Source: Chrysomallon squamiferum (lineage: Eukaryota; Animalia; Mollusca). Taken from it: a stretch of DNA of 64,000 nt. The translations under genes were made by a program, and so were the position numbers. Positions 26,594-40,419 of the stretch are shown here, in pieces. Location of the stretch: NCBI GenBank assembly GCA_012295275.1, contig CM022672.1:16678001-16742000 (forward strand). The letters are read 5' to 3'. Position 1 is the first letter of the stretch. The number at the start of each line of letters is the position of its first letter. The notes under the pieces are model-generated. The model was given only the letters and a program-made list of their open reading frames with translations, did not search any database and was not told the origin of the DNA.

Positions 26594-28489
26594 TATATCA
26601 TATCTTATCACATCCGTGATAAATTCATAGTAAATTCGTGATACATTTTAAGTTCACACAGTAATCTCATATAATCATGTATCATAAAGAGAAACGCGTT
26701 TTCTTCTTCTTTAATTTTTTTGTCCCTTTTAATCATGTAATTTTACTTTGGTAGTTGAGTCATAAGGGGACGGATGCTACACCCTATTACAACAACCATT
26801 ATACGCCATTGCTTTTAACATGTTTTCTTGTTACCTTACTGCTTAACTAGAAAGAGCAGCCATCAAAATAATGCGTCTCAAATAATACTAGTCAAGCCTG
26901 TGCGTGTTAATAAATTATTTGATCTTTTCACCTGAAAGAGCAGTCAGTATTTAACCAATGGATACAAGGAAGTAATAACAGATTGTCATATTTCATTCCA
27001 AACAAAAAGTATCAAATCTATAATAATATTTTATCAAGTTTAAAATGTACCTGCCATGATACAAATAAAACAAATCAGTATGTTGCCTCTACAGTCTCCA
27101 CTTGATCATTTTACATGTTTTTCTTTTGCCAGTCCAGGAAGAAAAAATTACGCTTTTCCCATTGGCTTCTCTTGACTCTTTGTTAGTTCAAATCAAAGGA
27201 TAACACTGTTTCTTTGTACCTATTTTCGAAGCTTACCGTCATTATAATAAGCAGCTATGTGATAGCTGTGCTTGAAAGAGAAAACAATAATTTGACTATG
27301 GCTACGAGGAACTAATATCAGGTTTTTATATTTACAGCCCGCTTGAACGAAACAAAATTTTAGAATACATATTAATATTAATATTACCATCTTTAGAATG
27401 TACCTATGATGGTAGAAACAAATTATATATTTTTCTCTACCTTCAGCGAGCGTGTTATTTAAATTGCTAATCATAAAATATAACTAAAGAGTGACAAACG
27501 TATACAGATACCTGTTGGCTGGGATTTTTCTGTATTATAGCGACTTCATATACCCTTTGCTTTCAGCTTTTGATACGCTGAAAAAGTGTGTAAAATAGAC
27601 AAATAAACAAACAAGTAAATAGATAGATAAATAAAGAAACTAATTAATTATACTGTTTCGACTATTTTCATGACTTGTACATTTGATTTATTATCAAGCG
27701 GAATGCTGTCTGAATAACAACTACATGAATAGAAAATTATCAGTCTTATATTTGTTTTTAATTTTAATCGAAAGTCCTTTGGGGTAGCGGACTTCTCGTT
27801 ATGTTTATCCGAATGTGATTCGCGAACATCATTTACATACTGCTTTTATTACTCAAGGCGCTAGCGCTACGAACTTGCTTTATTAAAAACAGCCTCTATG
27901 AAACATCTAAGTTTAATTTAACTGTCCAGAATAAAATGTTTTGCCATATGAACTCTTGAAGACAATCTTTGGTGTAGTCTCTTGACTATTTTCGGCCAAC
28001 AGAACCCTTTCAACAATCATAATTGGAAAGAGAATTATTTCTTCTTTAAAAGAATAGTAGAATTGTAGCTTAAAGCAACTGCACGACTACCCACCCGCCC
28101 TACATAAAAGAGATCATGTTCTATGCCGAACGACCCGTTAATTCATGGCTATTGAACCGGTTTTAGCCGATTCTCAGCAACCAGAACCTCCTGTCTTCTC
28201 TTTAAATATGGGCAAAATGATCATTCGTTTCATAAGATGACGACTGAACCTCATATAATTACTATTTAAGTGATTCAATCTCAGTTGAAATAATATTCGA
28301 GTCGGTTATATTTACAATTTCTGACTGTGTCTCCACCTTGGTTAATAAATTATTTAAGCACATTACTTCTCGGCATAATTTTAGTTACAGACTATGTATT
28401 GGAGACATTCAGCACAAAACCTCTAAAGGCTTTGAGCAGTTTATTTATTTCTGATCTCCGAAAAACCGAGGGAAAAAAAAAAATGTACG

Positions 28490-28506
28490 GTCACGTGACT
28501 TCAGTT
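28490..28506 (+). promoter_or_regulatory. Candidate gene C promoter element: perfect GTCACGTGAC (CLEAR/USF E-box) followed by an Inr-like TCAGTT
   Basis: Motif match only. The gene C ATG directly follows an acceptor (tttcag|ATG), so a non-coding first exon should lie upstream. Confidence 0.35.
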
Positions 28507-29056
28507 TTTTCAACTGTTGTTGTGATGTAAAAATTGCCTTCTCATCTGTGATTGCTTATTCTGTATTATTTACCCTGTTACTTAATAAATATTGGACATA
28601 ATGATGGAATAAAGGTGTTTAGTTAGTGTTAGTGGCGAAAATTAAGAATGTTATTTTTAAAATCTGGTTCAAACATACTACATACATATTTCCTTATTCG
28701 GTCTCATAATATCCACGCCTACATTCAAACAGGTTCTAAGAAACATGTATTGAAAAGTCACTTCTTAAATCTTATCTAAGATTCTTGTATTTTATCTTGT
28801 AGATCTTTTCACTCTGATTAACTTAATATAAAAACTGTGTTTGTTGTACAAGTAAAAGTGACGTTACGAATTTTAATTATTTGGTTTTTTTATCTAGTGC
28901 AAATGAATGATATCACCAACTTTGACTTCACATGTCAACGTTATTAATAAAAAATAAAATAATAAAAAATGAATATTTGGAGTACATAGTATAACATGAA
29001 ATAAGCTTTGAGGATCTAATATATTAATTTAATTTAATTTATTTATGTATTTATTA

Positions 29057-29110
<54 letters not shown>

Positions 29111-29281
29111 TTTTTTTTTTTTTCAGTGGTGGCTTCTTCGGCGAAAAGTAGTTATCCTCCCTAACTCGTTAATTATTATTTTATTTTGTTACTGGCAAAG
29201 TCTGGTATATTTATTAAATTTTATTTTTATTTTTATGTCAGTGTTTGTTCTTTATAGTTTTAAAACCTTTTTGTATTTCAG

Positions 29282-29855
29282 ATGTATTGGTTAACGATTC
29301 TTGGTTTTGCTTACATACTGACGGTACGGCTGTGTTCAAGTGATGATGTTTTTTCCATTATCAAATACTCACCTGTAAGTAGTTTTATAGAAAGAGATTT
29401 GAATTTTTCTTCTTTTTACTTTATTCTTCTCTTTGTTAAAGTTTCAGCTTGAGGTATTACTAGTCGCAGGATCGACCCTTTTTAGGCTATTTTCCGTTAA
29501 TATCTGTGACACACAACTGCTTTATTTAACATCTGTGGTATGTGCTTACTCCTATATTCGTATAAAATAACTCTTGCTGCTGGTGGAAAAACAGTAGCCT
29601 CTCCATTTGCGTTTTTCTTTTCTTTCATTATCTGCATGAACCTTTATGATATGTGTAAAATATTTCTTCCTTCTCCATTTATGTTTTTCCCTTTCTTTTG
29701 CATGAACCTTTATGATTATAAAATCATTTTATTTTTTTTTTGAAAAACTCGTTCTACGCGTTTTTAAATTAATTTGTAAATCATGTAGTATTTTAAAACA
29801 AATACCTTATATATATATATATATATATCCATTCAATATAGATAGACAGATAGAT

Positions 29856-29905
<50 letters not shown>

Positions 29906-30270
29906 ACACACATACATAATAAAAATGCAATTAGGGAATTATTTATTACATTTGCAATCTGCTGATATAATTATTAATTCTTTAATAATTTTACTAAATC
30001 TTTTTAACTTGAAATTTACCGAGTTTAATATCATTACATTTTTTCAAAATTATGTTAAAAGGTGGAAAAGAACTGCGCCGCTCTTGTTGGGACTATACAT
30101 TGTAAGACGCCTACAAACTCAGAAAAGCTGGTAGTTCAAAATTCTAGAGAATCAGTGGCTCCTAATACAGAGTGTGTTACTGTAGATGGCTGTTTTCTGT
30201 GCAAAGAAGGATCTTGGGTGACATCTTCTTGCCAAGGTATATTTGTCCTATACAAAAACCAGTAGAGAAT

Positions 30271-30319
<49 letters not shown>

Positions 30320-30485
30320 TTCAAGAGAAAATAAGGAAACACTAAATATTTTAGAAGATGTTACTTAATCTTTTTGAATTATGTATTTTCTCTCTCTCTC
30401 TGCCAATAATTGTCATTCTTTTGCCCAACATATGGCAGGAGTGGTAGAAACAAAAGCAGAGACACAGAGTTGGGACACACACACT

Positions 30486-30579
<94 letters not shown>

Positions 30580-32848
30580 TATTAAGCTCTTCATTTCAGA
30601 CTGATTGTCATTATATTGCTGTTATTATTAAAAAAAAAATTCTTTCCTTCTTTAGACAATATGCACCATCGTGAAAAACGTTTCCTTGGATGGATACCTG
30701 TTGTGCTTTTTGTTGCTTGCGTTATCTTTTGCACATCTGGCGAAAGTAAGAAATATTAGAGGGTTTTTTTTTTGTTTTTGTTTTTGGGGTGTTTTGTTTT
30801 TCATTTAATGAGTAATAAAAAAAGATCATAAAATTATAAAGTAATTTTAATTTATTCAGTTTAAATAATAATAATTGATGATGATGATGATAATGTATCT
30901 ATTCAAACTTATTTTTATTTAAGGCTTACCTGATCATTATTCATTATATCAATTAATACTTCAGCAGAGGCTTCAATAATATTTAGAAAGTAATTTCTAT
31001 TTTTAGAACAGAAATTAACATGCTTTACAAACAGTTCATATAATTATGCATTTAATATGTAATTCGTCTCATTTAAAAATTAATTTCTGTATCCGTTTTA
31101 GATTAGAAATTAGAACGTTTTATACATAATAATCCTATAAACATTTTCAAATTATCTTTACGTTAAATTTAATATAGAATACAAATTCATTACATTTTAC
31201 AAATAATAATACATAAAATTTACAAATCACTTTTTTTTATCATAAATCACTTTTCCGTAGATGGTCGAGAAGAATACGATCCACCACGTTTTACAAAATG
31301 TGAGTCTCCAGGGGCTTTATTCTACGCACCCAAGGGTGAAAGTGCGGCTGTTGTAAAGTGGCAAGAACCAGAGTATAAAGCTGGCACCGATCAAAATCCT
31401 ACGTAAGAAATATTTGAAATAAAAATTCTAATATAATGTAATGAAAAGTGTAACGCTGAATACCACAATAAATCAACACAATACACTACAATACAATACA
31501 ACACAATGTAAAATAATATATCATATGATATGATATATGGTATGATATAACGTAACGCAACATAATGTAATATAATATAAATTAAAATAATAATACAATG
31601 TAAAGTTATAATAGTGCAATGGAAAATAGAACAATATACTATTATATTATATAATGTTATATAATATGGTATAATGTAATGCAATGTTATATATAAAAGA
31701 TTGGTACTGTCTCGTATAATGTATTACAATGTATGTTTGATGTCATATGATACGATATGATGTGGTATAGTGAGATAATATGAATATGTTTCGAAAAATG
31801 AAACAACATGACAACATAATATGTTGATATATATATAAAACATAATATGATATAATATAACTTATAACATGACATACTATGTCATGATTTGGTATATGAT
31901 ATGATAGTAATAATAATGCATAGCAATTATACTAGCTTAAAACAATTAATATATTTTAATTTCCCAATAAAATATTTTTCAAATATCACTGGATTCTTAT
32001 TTTACTGTTTTGCCCAGGCTGACGCTTGTTTCAAATACAGGGAAATCTGGAAGTCACTTTGAAGCGGGTTATTACACAATAACCTACCATCTTACAGACA
32101 ACCGAGGATTTACAAATTCCTGCTCTTTTTCATTTCAAGTGAAAGGTGAATAAACAAGAATAGATATAAAATTATTTACTAATATAAATTAGACAAAAGA
32201 AACACACACATTCACATTAACGTAATCTATTTCATTCTTTCTTTATCTTTTTTACCTATTTTTTGTTGTTTTGTTTATCTGGTTATATATACACACATAC
32301 ATACATACGTGCGTGTGTCTAGATATGTCCATATATATATTTACATTTGTAACTGTGTATGAATTTATATCAAACAAGTACTACAACAGACAATATTTTC
32401 TGAATGTAGCGAATTTTATATTATTTTAGTACGAACATGTGCTTGGCCAGGCTGGCTCGAGAACGGAGAAATAAAATGCGGTGAAGGGTATATAAAATAT
32501 GGAGATAAGTGTAGCATTCACTGTAATAAAGGATACATGCTCAAAGGACATTCAGAAATAACTTGTCAAGCCAATGAAACGTTTGACCATGATTTACCTC
32601 AGTGTCTACGTAAGTATACTTTTTCATCTCCTATTAATGATGAGCATTCTGTACAATACTTGTAGGTTACTTTAATAAAAATAAAAATAAAATAAAATAA
32701 AATAAAATAAAATAAAATAAAATAAAATAAATAAATAAATAAATAAATAATCTACAAAAGACAACAACAACAGTATTATCCAAAAATATTAGCTTTTTCT
32801 TCACCTAGCTTTGTTAATGTTTTAGCAAACTATTTAGTTTGAAAAATA

Positions 32849-32894
<46 letters not shown>

Positions 32895-33513
32895 GTGCTG
32901 TTATTACTGATATTATTATATTTTCTAACTGTTGTATTAGTTCTTGTGAAAGGCATAGCTTTTTAAAAATAAATACCACTAATTTACAAATTGATTTTTC
33001 CTATAGCAAAATCGTGTCCTGCTTTGGAAAATCCGAATTATTCAAATGGTTTCACATGTACTGATCGATACAAGTTTAACAGTATCTGCACACTGGAATG
33101 TAAATCGGATTTAGGATTTACTTCATCTCCAGCAAGGACAACATGCCAGGCCTCACAAAAATGGCTTATACCATATCCACGATGTTTAGGTATATTTATA
33201 TAACTGGTTATAAATAGATGACTATAAAATTTTAAAAAGGATAAATAAATAAATAAATAAATAAATAATCTTTTTAATAATTGTTAATAATTGTATATTT
33301 TCGTCAAAGTCTAGGATTTTACATTCTTTTTGAATAAATACATTTTCAGGAATTATGTGGACATTAAGATAACACACATACACACACACATTTTAATCTT
33401 AAATCTATACTATATACAATATTAATATAAGAAAATAGAAATATATGTTACCTTAATATTCAGGGGTGGAAAAAACGTATGTACGTATGTGTGTATGTTT
33501 ATTTATTTATTGC

Positions 33514-33567
<54 letters not shown>

Positions 33568-35428
33568 TATGGTCATCTCACACACAGACACAGACACACA
33601 CACACATATATAACTGTATGAATGTAAGTTTGCGATTCGTATTTTAATTTCAGACACGGTAAGTCCTTTGTTCACAAACTGTCCATCAAAAGCAGTTGAA
33701 GCTTATGCTGAAAAAGGAAAAACAACAACTGTTGTTACATGGCATCCTCCAAAGGCGACTGACAACTCTGGAAATGTGACAGTGTCACAGACTGATGGAC
33801 TACAGCCTGGACAGATATTCAGTGAAGGCAGCAACATGATAAAGTATACAGCCACCGATCCAACAGGAAACAAAGCTTTCTGCACTTACGCAATTATCGT
33901 GAATAGTAAGTATTGTTTGTGACGATTTTTATTTGGAAATGCTTTATACGTAAACTATTGCTGGGAATGAGTTAGATAATGTTGTTCAGTGAAAATATAT
34001 TTTACATAATAATAATTATTATTATCATATGGTGTCATAATTATACATTTATCCTTTCCAATATTGTAGCACTGACATGTAAACTGCCTAAGTTTGACGA
34101 TGATGATCTGGTATTTGACTGTGCTCAAGGATACCGGTATGGGTCTCAGTGTTCTGTTTCCTGTAAGAATGGTCTTCCTCTGAATGGAACTAACACGATC
34201 GTCTGCGAAAAAGATGATTCGCTTTCGCCAGTCACCTACTGGGATCTAGGAGGTCGAAATAAACCATACTGCATTAGTAAGATGTTACGAGAAATAATAC
34301 TGGTATCAGACCACATATCCAACTTCAAGAAAAGAAAAGAAATTAACAAACAACCGGCTTTAGAAGTACACGAAGTTCTAATAACTTTAGCAATAATAGT
34401 AAAATGTGCTCACTAAATAAAAATAAACTACTAATAATTACTAATGTAAAAAATTATTACTTTTGTTGTTGTTGTTTTGTTGATAAATTCTAATTATTGT
34501 GTTTATTTAGAACGACCATGCAAAGCACTGACAGCTCCAAAACATGGAGCTTTAGCTTGTGACACAAACATGGGAGGAACGTTTTGCACTATGTCCTGTG
34601 AGAAGAGCTGGGACATTCCTCGCACTGCTACAGCTGTTAGCATGTACACGTGTGGCTGGTCCGTTGGCATGTGGAAGCCAACGTCCATTGTTCCCGACTG
34701 CACAGGTAAGTCTATTTTTTTAAATAAACAAAATTATTTTAAAAAAGAAAGAGGGGCAAAAAATGTCTGATTCCCAAATGTATAGTTTGTTTTGACCATT
34801 TGATTTTTTTGTTTGTTTGTTTTGTTTATTAATTAATTTTGTTGTTAGTGTATTTATTTGTTTATTTATTTATTTATTTATTTGTCTTTTGTTTTAATTT
34901 CCTTTCCATGCAACCTTAGTCCCTTTTTTTCTGAATATTACGTTTTATAATTCAGTGTTTGTTTTTATTTTTCATTCACATTACATATCTTACCATATTT
35001 TCTCTGTATTTCTTTTTTATTTGGTTTTATTTTAAATTAAATTAAATTTTTTTCCTTTGAAATAATGAAATGAGCGTATATATTTTTTTAAAACTCCATC
35101 ACAACAATGTTAGCAACGATATCTTAATATAAATATTTTGCACAATATTTTTTGCTCACCAGAAACTGATCTTTTTATATATATCTTTCCACCTCTTATT
35201 GACAGTCTAGTCACAGGGCAGTGGACTGGAATGGAAAAAAATAATTGTGTATTGATTAAGATCATATCGTTTTTCTACACTATTACCTCATATTATAGTC
35301 TACTCATTCAAACACAACAAATAAATAAATAATAAAAGTTTAGTGTTTACCAGTTCTAGAGCAGTGTTTTCCAAGGCACCATCCCTGTGATTGATGAACT
35401 GCAAAAATGTTTGTCTGGCAGTGTGTGT

Positions 35429-35514
<86 letters not shown>

Positions 35515-38500
35515 GTGAATATATTAATCGGTGCTTGAACTATTATTGTCAAAATATGAAACAAGTTTCAAGGATACAAGCATCAACAAGAAATATTTTG
35601 TTGACAACCATGTTTTACTGAAACAATTTATTTTAAAACAAATTAGACAATACAGCTAAAATATGGAGCAGCTCAATCACTATAATAATAACATTCATGT
35701 ACTTACAATTCTTTCAGCAAAGCATGTAGCAAGTCGATTGCGCTTGAAGTCTCAACTCTACTACTATTCTGGAGATTGCTCCTCTCCAGATACACTGGCA
35801 GAAATCAAGCAGAAGTTTGTAGGAGTTATGAATGAGTCTGGCATCTGGACAGATGGTTGTCCATGCACTGTGGAAGATGTCAGTGTCATCTGTGGTGAAG
35901 CCAAAAAGAGAAGAAAAAGAAGTGCTGACACATACGAAGATTCACAGGTATCTTATACTAGCTACTTTTATTTAATGTCATTTGCTATTTAATTAATTAT
36001 CCAATGTTATTGGCTGTTATAATTATGTAATGTCATTAACAACTTGGACCATCTAACATTATTATTAGCCATTTAAATTGTCTAATGTCAGAAACACACA
36101 CAAATGCAAACACATAACAATAGTCAGATAAATGATATATTTGTTTTTAAATATACATGATGAGTCTACATTTATTATTTTCTTCCAACACAGATTAAAA
36201 AGAGATCTGTACCAGCAGCCATAATAACGTGGTACTGGACTGTCCCAATTGAGAATGGAAACATCTCATCAGCAGATGAACATCTCTTGGCACGAGCAGA
36301 CAAAATGTTTGACCTAGTGAAAAATAATCAGCTCAATATTAGTGTGGAAGGTTTTGAAATCAGACCAGACTCCTTTGGATATGATGAATCAAATCCTGAC
36401 TGTCCTCCTGGATACCTAGGTGTCTTCAAAACAGGAACATGTTGTAAGTGATAATTGATAAAGTAGCTACAAAACTAAATAAATATTCTAAACATTGTAA
36501 TAAATAAGTCTAATACTAATGTAGCTTCTAAATATTCTAATAAATAATGTTACAATTAATAATAAAGTGGTACCTTGGCGTACAAGTTTAATTCGTTCAG
36601 TGACCGAGCTTGTAATTCAATTTGCTCATATATCAAATCAGTTTTCCCAACTGAAATTAACTGAAAATCATTAATCCATTCCATCACCCAAAAAACCACC
36701 CCATTGTTTGTAACATGTTTTTAAATAAGAAAAATGTATTTTTAACTGACAAATATTGTATAAAAAATTAAATAAAAGAGAATGTAAAAAAATAAATAGG
36801 TTTTGTAAAGTGTATTTATCTTGGAGATCAGACAAATTATTTTAATACTGGTGTTACAGCCTTTATCAACTCCTCCTGCTTCAGAATGCTACATACCGTA
36901 AAAGTAGTACACTTCTACTGTGTAACCAAGTTGACTACATGCTCACCTCCCTCAAGTTTCTCTATGATTTCATGCTTTATTTCAATGGATATCATCCACT
37001 TCTTCTTCTCAGCACTATCCTTTGCTCTCACTTTCTTATGATCCATAGTCAGAAAAAAGAAATTTTTCCTAAATACTGCACAAAACACAAGCACAACACA
37101 ATAGAGAGGTAATCACGTGAAGTAAACAAGTGAGATGCGGGATGCTGGGTGGATGTTGTGTTGTTCGTTGCGCCAACTAGCAGTAGTGTGTCTGAAGCTC
37201 ACTTGTAACTCAGATTTTGGCTCACAACTAAAATCAAAAAATTTACCAAGTGATTGCTAGTAATTCAGAAAACTTGTAAGCTGGGGCACTCGTAAGTCAA
37301 AGTACCACTGTTTAATCTAGAAGTGAACACTGTAATAAAAAATGTAATAAATAATAATATAGCTTCAAAACAGAACATTTTATTATATTGTAATATTTAA
37401 TAATGTAGCTGAATATTCTAATTAATAAATGTAATAATTAATAAAATAGCTACTAAAACTGAATATTCTAATAAGTAAATGTAATAATTAATACTGTATC
37501 TACCTAAACTGAATTTTCAATATATGTGATTATAATTAATAATGTAGCTACTAAAACTGAACTTTGTAAAATGTGAATGTAATAATTAATAATATAGCTA
37601 AAACTGAACATTGTAATAAATAAATGTAACAACTGTTCGTGTAGATTTAACTGAATATCCTAATAAATAAGTGTAATAATTAATAATTAACTGATTGTTC
37701 TAATAGATACATGTAATAACTGGTTTTCTATTTAATAATAAATATAATACAAAACCTTTTCAAGAATTTTGAATTATTCTGATTTAAACAGCTCCATGTC
37801 CTACTGGTACAATGTATAATGCCTCAATTGATGACTGTGCTGCCTGTACTCCTGGGACATATCAAGACACTGAAGGTCAGTTTCAGTGTAAATCCTGCCC
37901 AGCTGGTACAAAAACAATAAGTGAAGGGGCTAGACTGAAGGACAGATGTATTGGTAAGTTTATAAATAATTGCTATGTTATTAATCAGCAATTATTTTAT
38001 TTATCAGGCTGGTTATTTGGCATCATTATTTGTTTTCTTGCATAATCATAGCATAAGTTTCAATACTGATGATATGGGAATTTGGATAATGGTGGTATGG
38101 AAATTTGGATAATGATAATTTTATAGATTGGTTATGAAAGTCTGGATAATGGTATAAAAAGGTTTTGATAATATAGTAAAAGATGGTGTAAAGGTTTGAA
38201 TAATGATCTGAGAGTCTATGTAATGATTATATGAAATAACAAATAGATGATGATATATTTTACTGGATAATGGTCATTCAAGAGTGGAAATCATTTACCA
38301 CAACTTCAGGGTCTAATCTTACCAATTAGCAATAAAGGATTGTTTACATGACCTTTTCACATACAGGAAAAATACCTTCACTGGTTGTTTTATATATATA
38401 CATATACACAAGTATCAGATTATTTATCTTGCAAACTTATTAATATACTTCTGAAGCTGGATTTCCTACATGGATCTAAATATAATATTGTTAAGGATTA

Positions 38501-38737
38501 GTCTTTAAAACATTTATAACTATTATCATTTAAAATGTATAAATTATCAGAAATAAACATAAAATCACACTTATAATAATTTTTATATTATGAATATTTA
38601 ATCTGATATTATATAATTATAAATGTGTCAGATTAACATTTTATCACTTTAATATTACTATTTTATTCTTCTTCTTCTTCTTCTTCTTCTTATTATTATC
38701 TCTTTTTTGGAAGTTTTCTTTGTTTTGTCTTTTATTA

Positions 38738-38781
<44 letters not shown>

Positions 38782-40280
38782 CTTGTTTTTAACATAATTA
38801 TTCTTTTATGATTAAAAACAATAAAACCATTTTTAACGAAAGAATTTTGAAATCACTGTTAGAAAGATTTTTACATTAATCACATACATACATACGTACA
38901 TACATACATACATATACACACAAACATACAACTATTCACACGTATTTTTTTATATATTTTTTTTATTTAAAGAATTATGTCCAGCTGGGTATTTTTCCGA
39001 GAGTGGTGCTGTGCCCTGTGATGCTTGTCCTGTTGGGAAATTTCAACCAGTCACTGGATCAACAACGTGTTTGTCGTGTGAACCAGGCACTACAACATCA
39101 GGCACTAACAAAACTACTGCAAGTGCTTGTCAAGGTATGAATTATTTTGTTTCTAAGTTTATCTGGTTCAAAATATTATAATTTGCATAAAATACAAGGT
39201 TTATAATGGAAATACTTTCCAAAATATTAATATAGTATAAATATTATGACTTATAGATTATATTTTGTAACCAGTTACTAATATGATCTTGTTTCTGTTT
39301 TCTTTTAATATTAAGCAATACACATTAACTTCATCTGAATTTAAAAAATAAAAAATTAAATGTTTTCTGTAGCAGAAAACTAAAATTCTTTGTAATTACA
39401 TTAAAGAAGTTAGATTTTTTTAATAAGTCATTATCAATTTTATATTACACATTGTTTGCATTTGGTTAATTTTTAAAATGTTATCTGTACCTGTCTGATG
39501 TATTATGTAAAAGAAGAAATATCTGGCATTCAAGGATTAATATCTCGGTGAAATGTCTTTTGATTCTTTTCATTTTGTTTTCAGTATGAACAGGTGAATA
39601 TCTAGCTAACAGGCAAAACAAAATGTTATGAAAATTAAATACATTTAAACTAATAAAAAGCAAAATACATTATTTTTTTAATTGAACTGTTTAAGAGCAT
39701 AAAACCGTGTTGTCATCCTGGTTCAAACAGAAGAACACATCAAAGAACTGAAAACTGAATTATTAACTATCTCTATTACTGATGGCAATTTTCTCTTTGA
39801 AGATTAGAGGTTTATCAGATATGTTGTTGGTGATGTGATGAACAGTAGTAATCTGCTAAAACAACAACCACTAAACAAACCATGTGCTCTTCTAGAAACA
39901 GAAATTTATTATTGTGGATATATTTTCTGAAAATGTGAAACAAAAATTTATTGTTACACTCTTATACTTACATTGAGATTTATTTATGCATTTCTGTGAT
40001 TATTAACTTTTTTCCTTCAAGCATTTGATGTGATCATCAAAGGCCCAACACTGGTATCATCAAAACGTGTTTTGAATCAGAACATCAGTGATTTGACTCT
40101 GTCGATGTGGCTGGCAACTGGATCTGCTAATGGAAGTTTTGGAATCAAGCAACCAGATGGAACCATTCCACTTCAACTGACATTTGGGTCAACATTGACA
40201 CTCAGTCTGCTAGGGTAAGCAGATACAGAAATGTGTTAAAGTAACATTAATGGATTTTCTGTGTCAAACAAAGTGCTTAC

Positions 40281-40313
<33 letters not shown>

Positions 40314-40388
40314 CATACATACATCTGTACTAGTCACAACAACTATCCTCCTTTTTATTTTTTATTTTATTTCTTTGTTCACTTTCTT

Positions 40389-40419
<31 letters not shown>

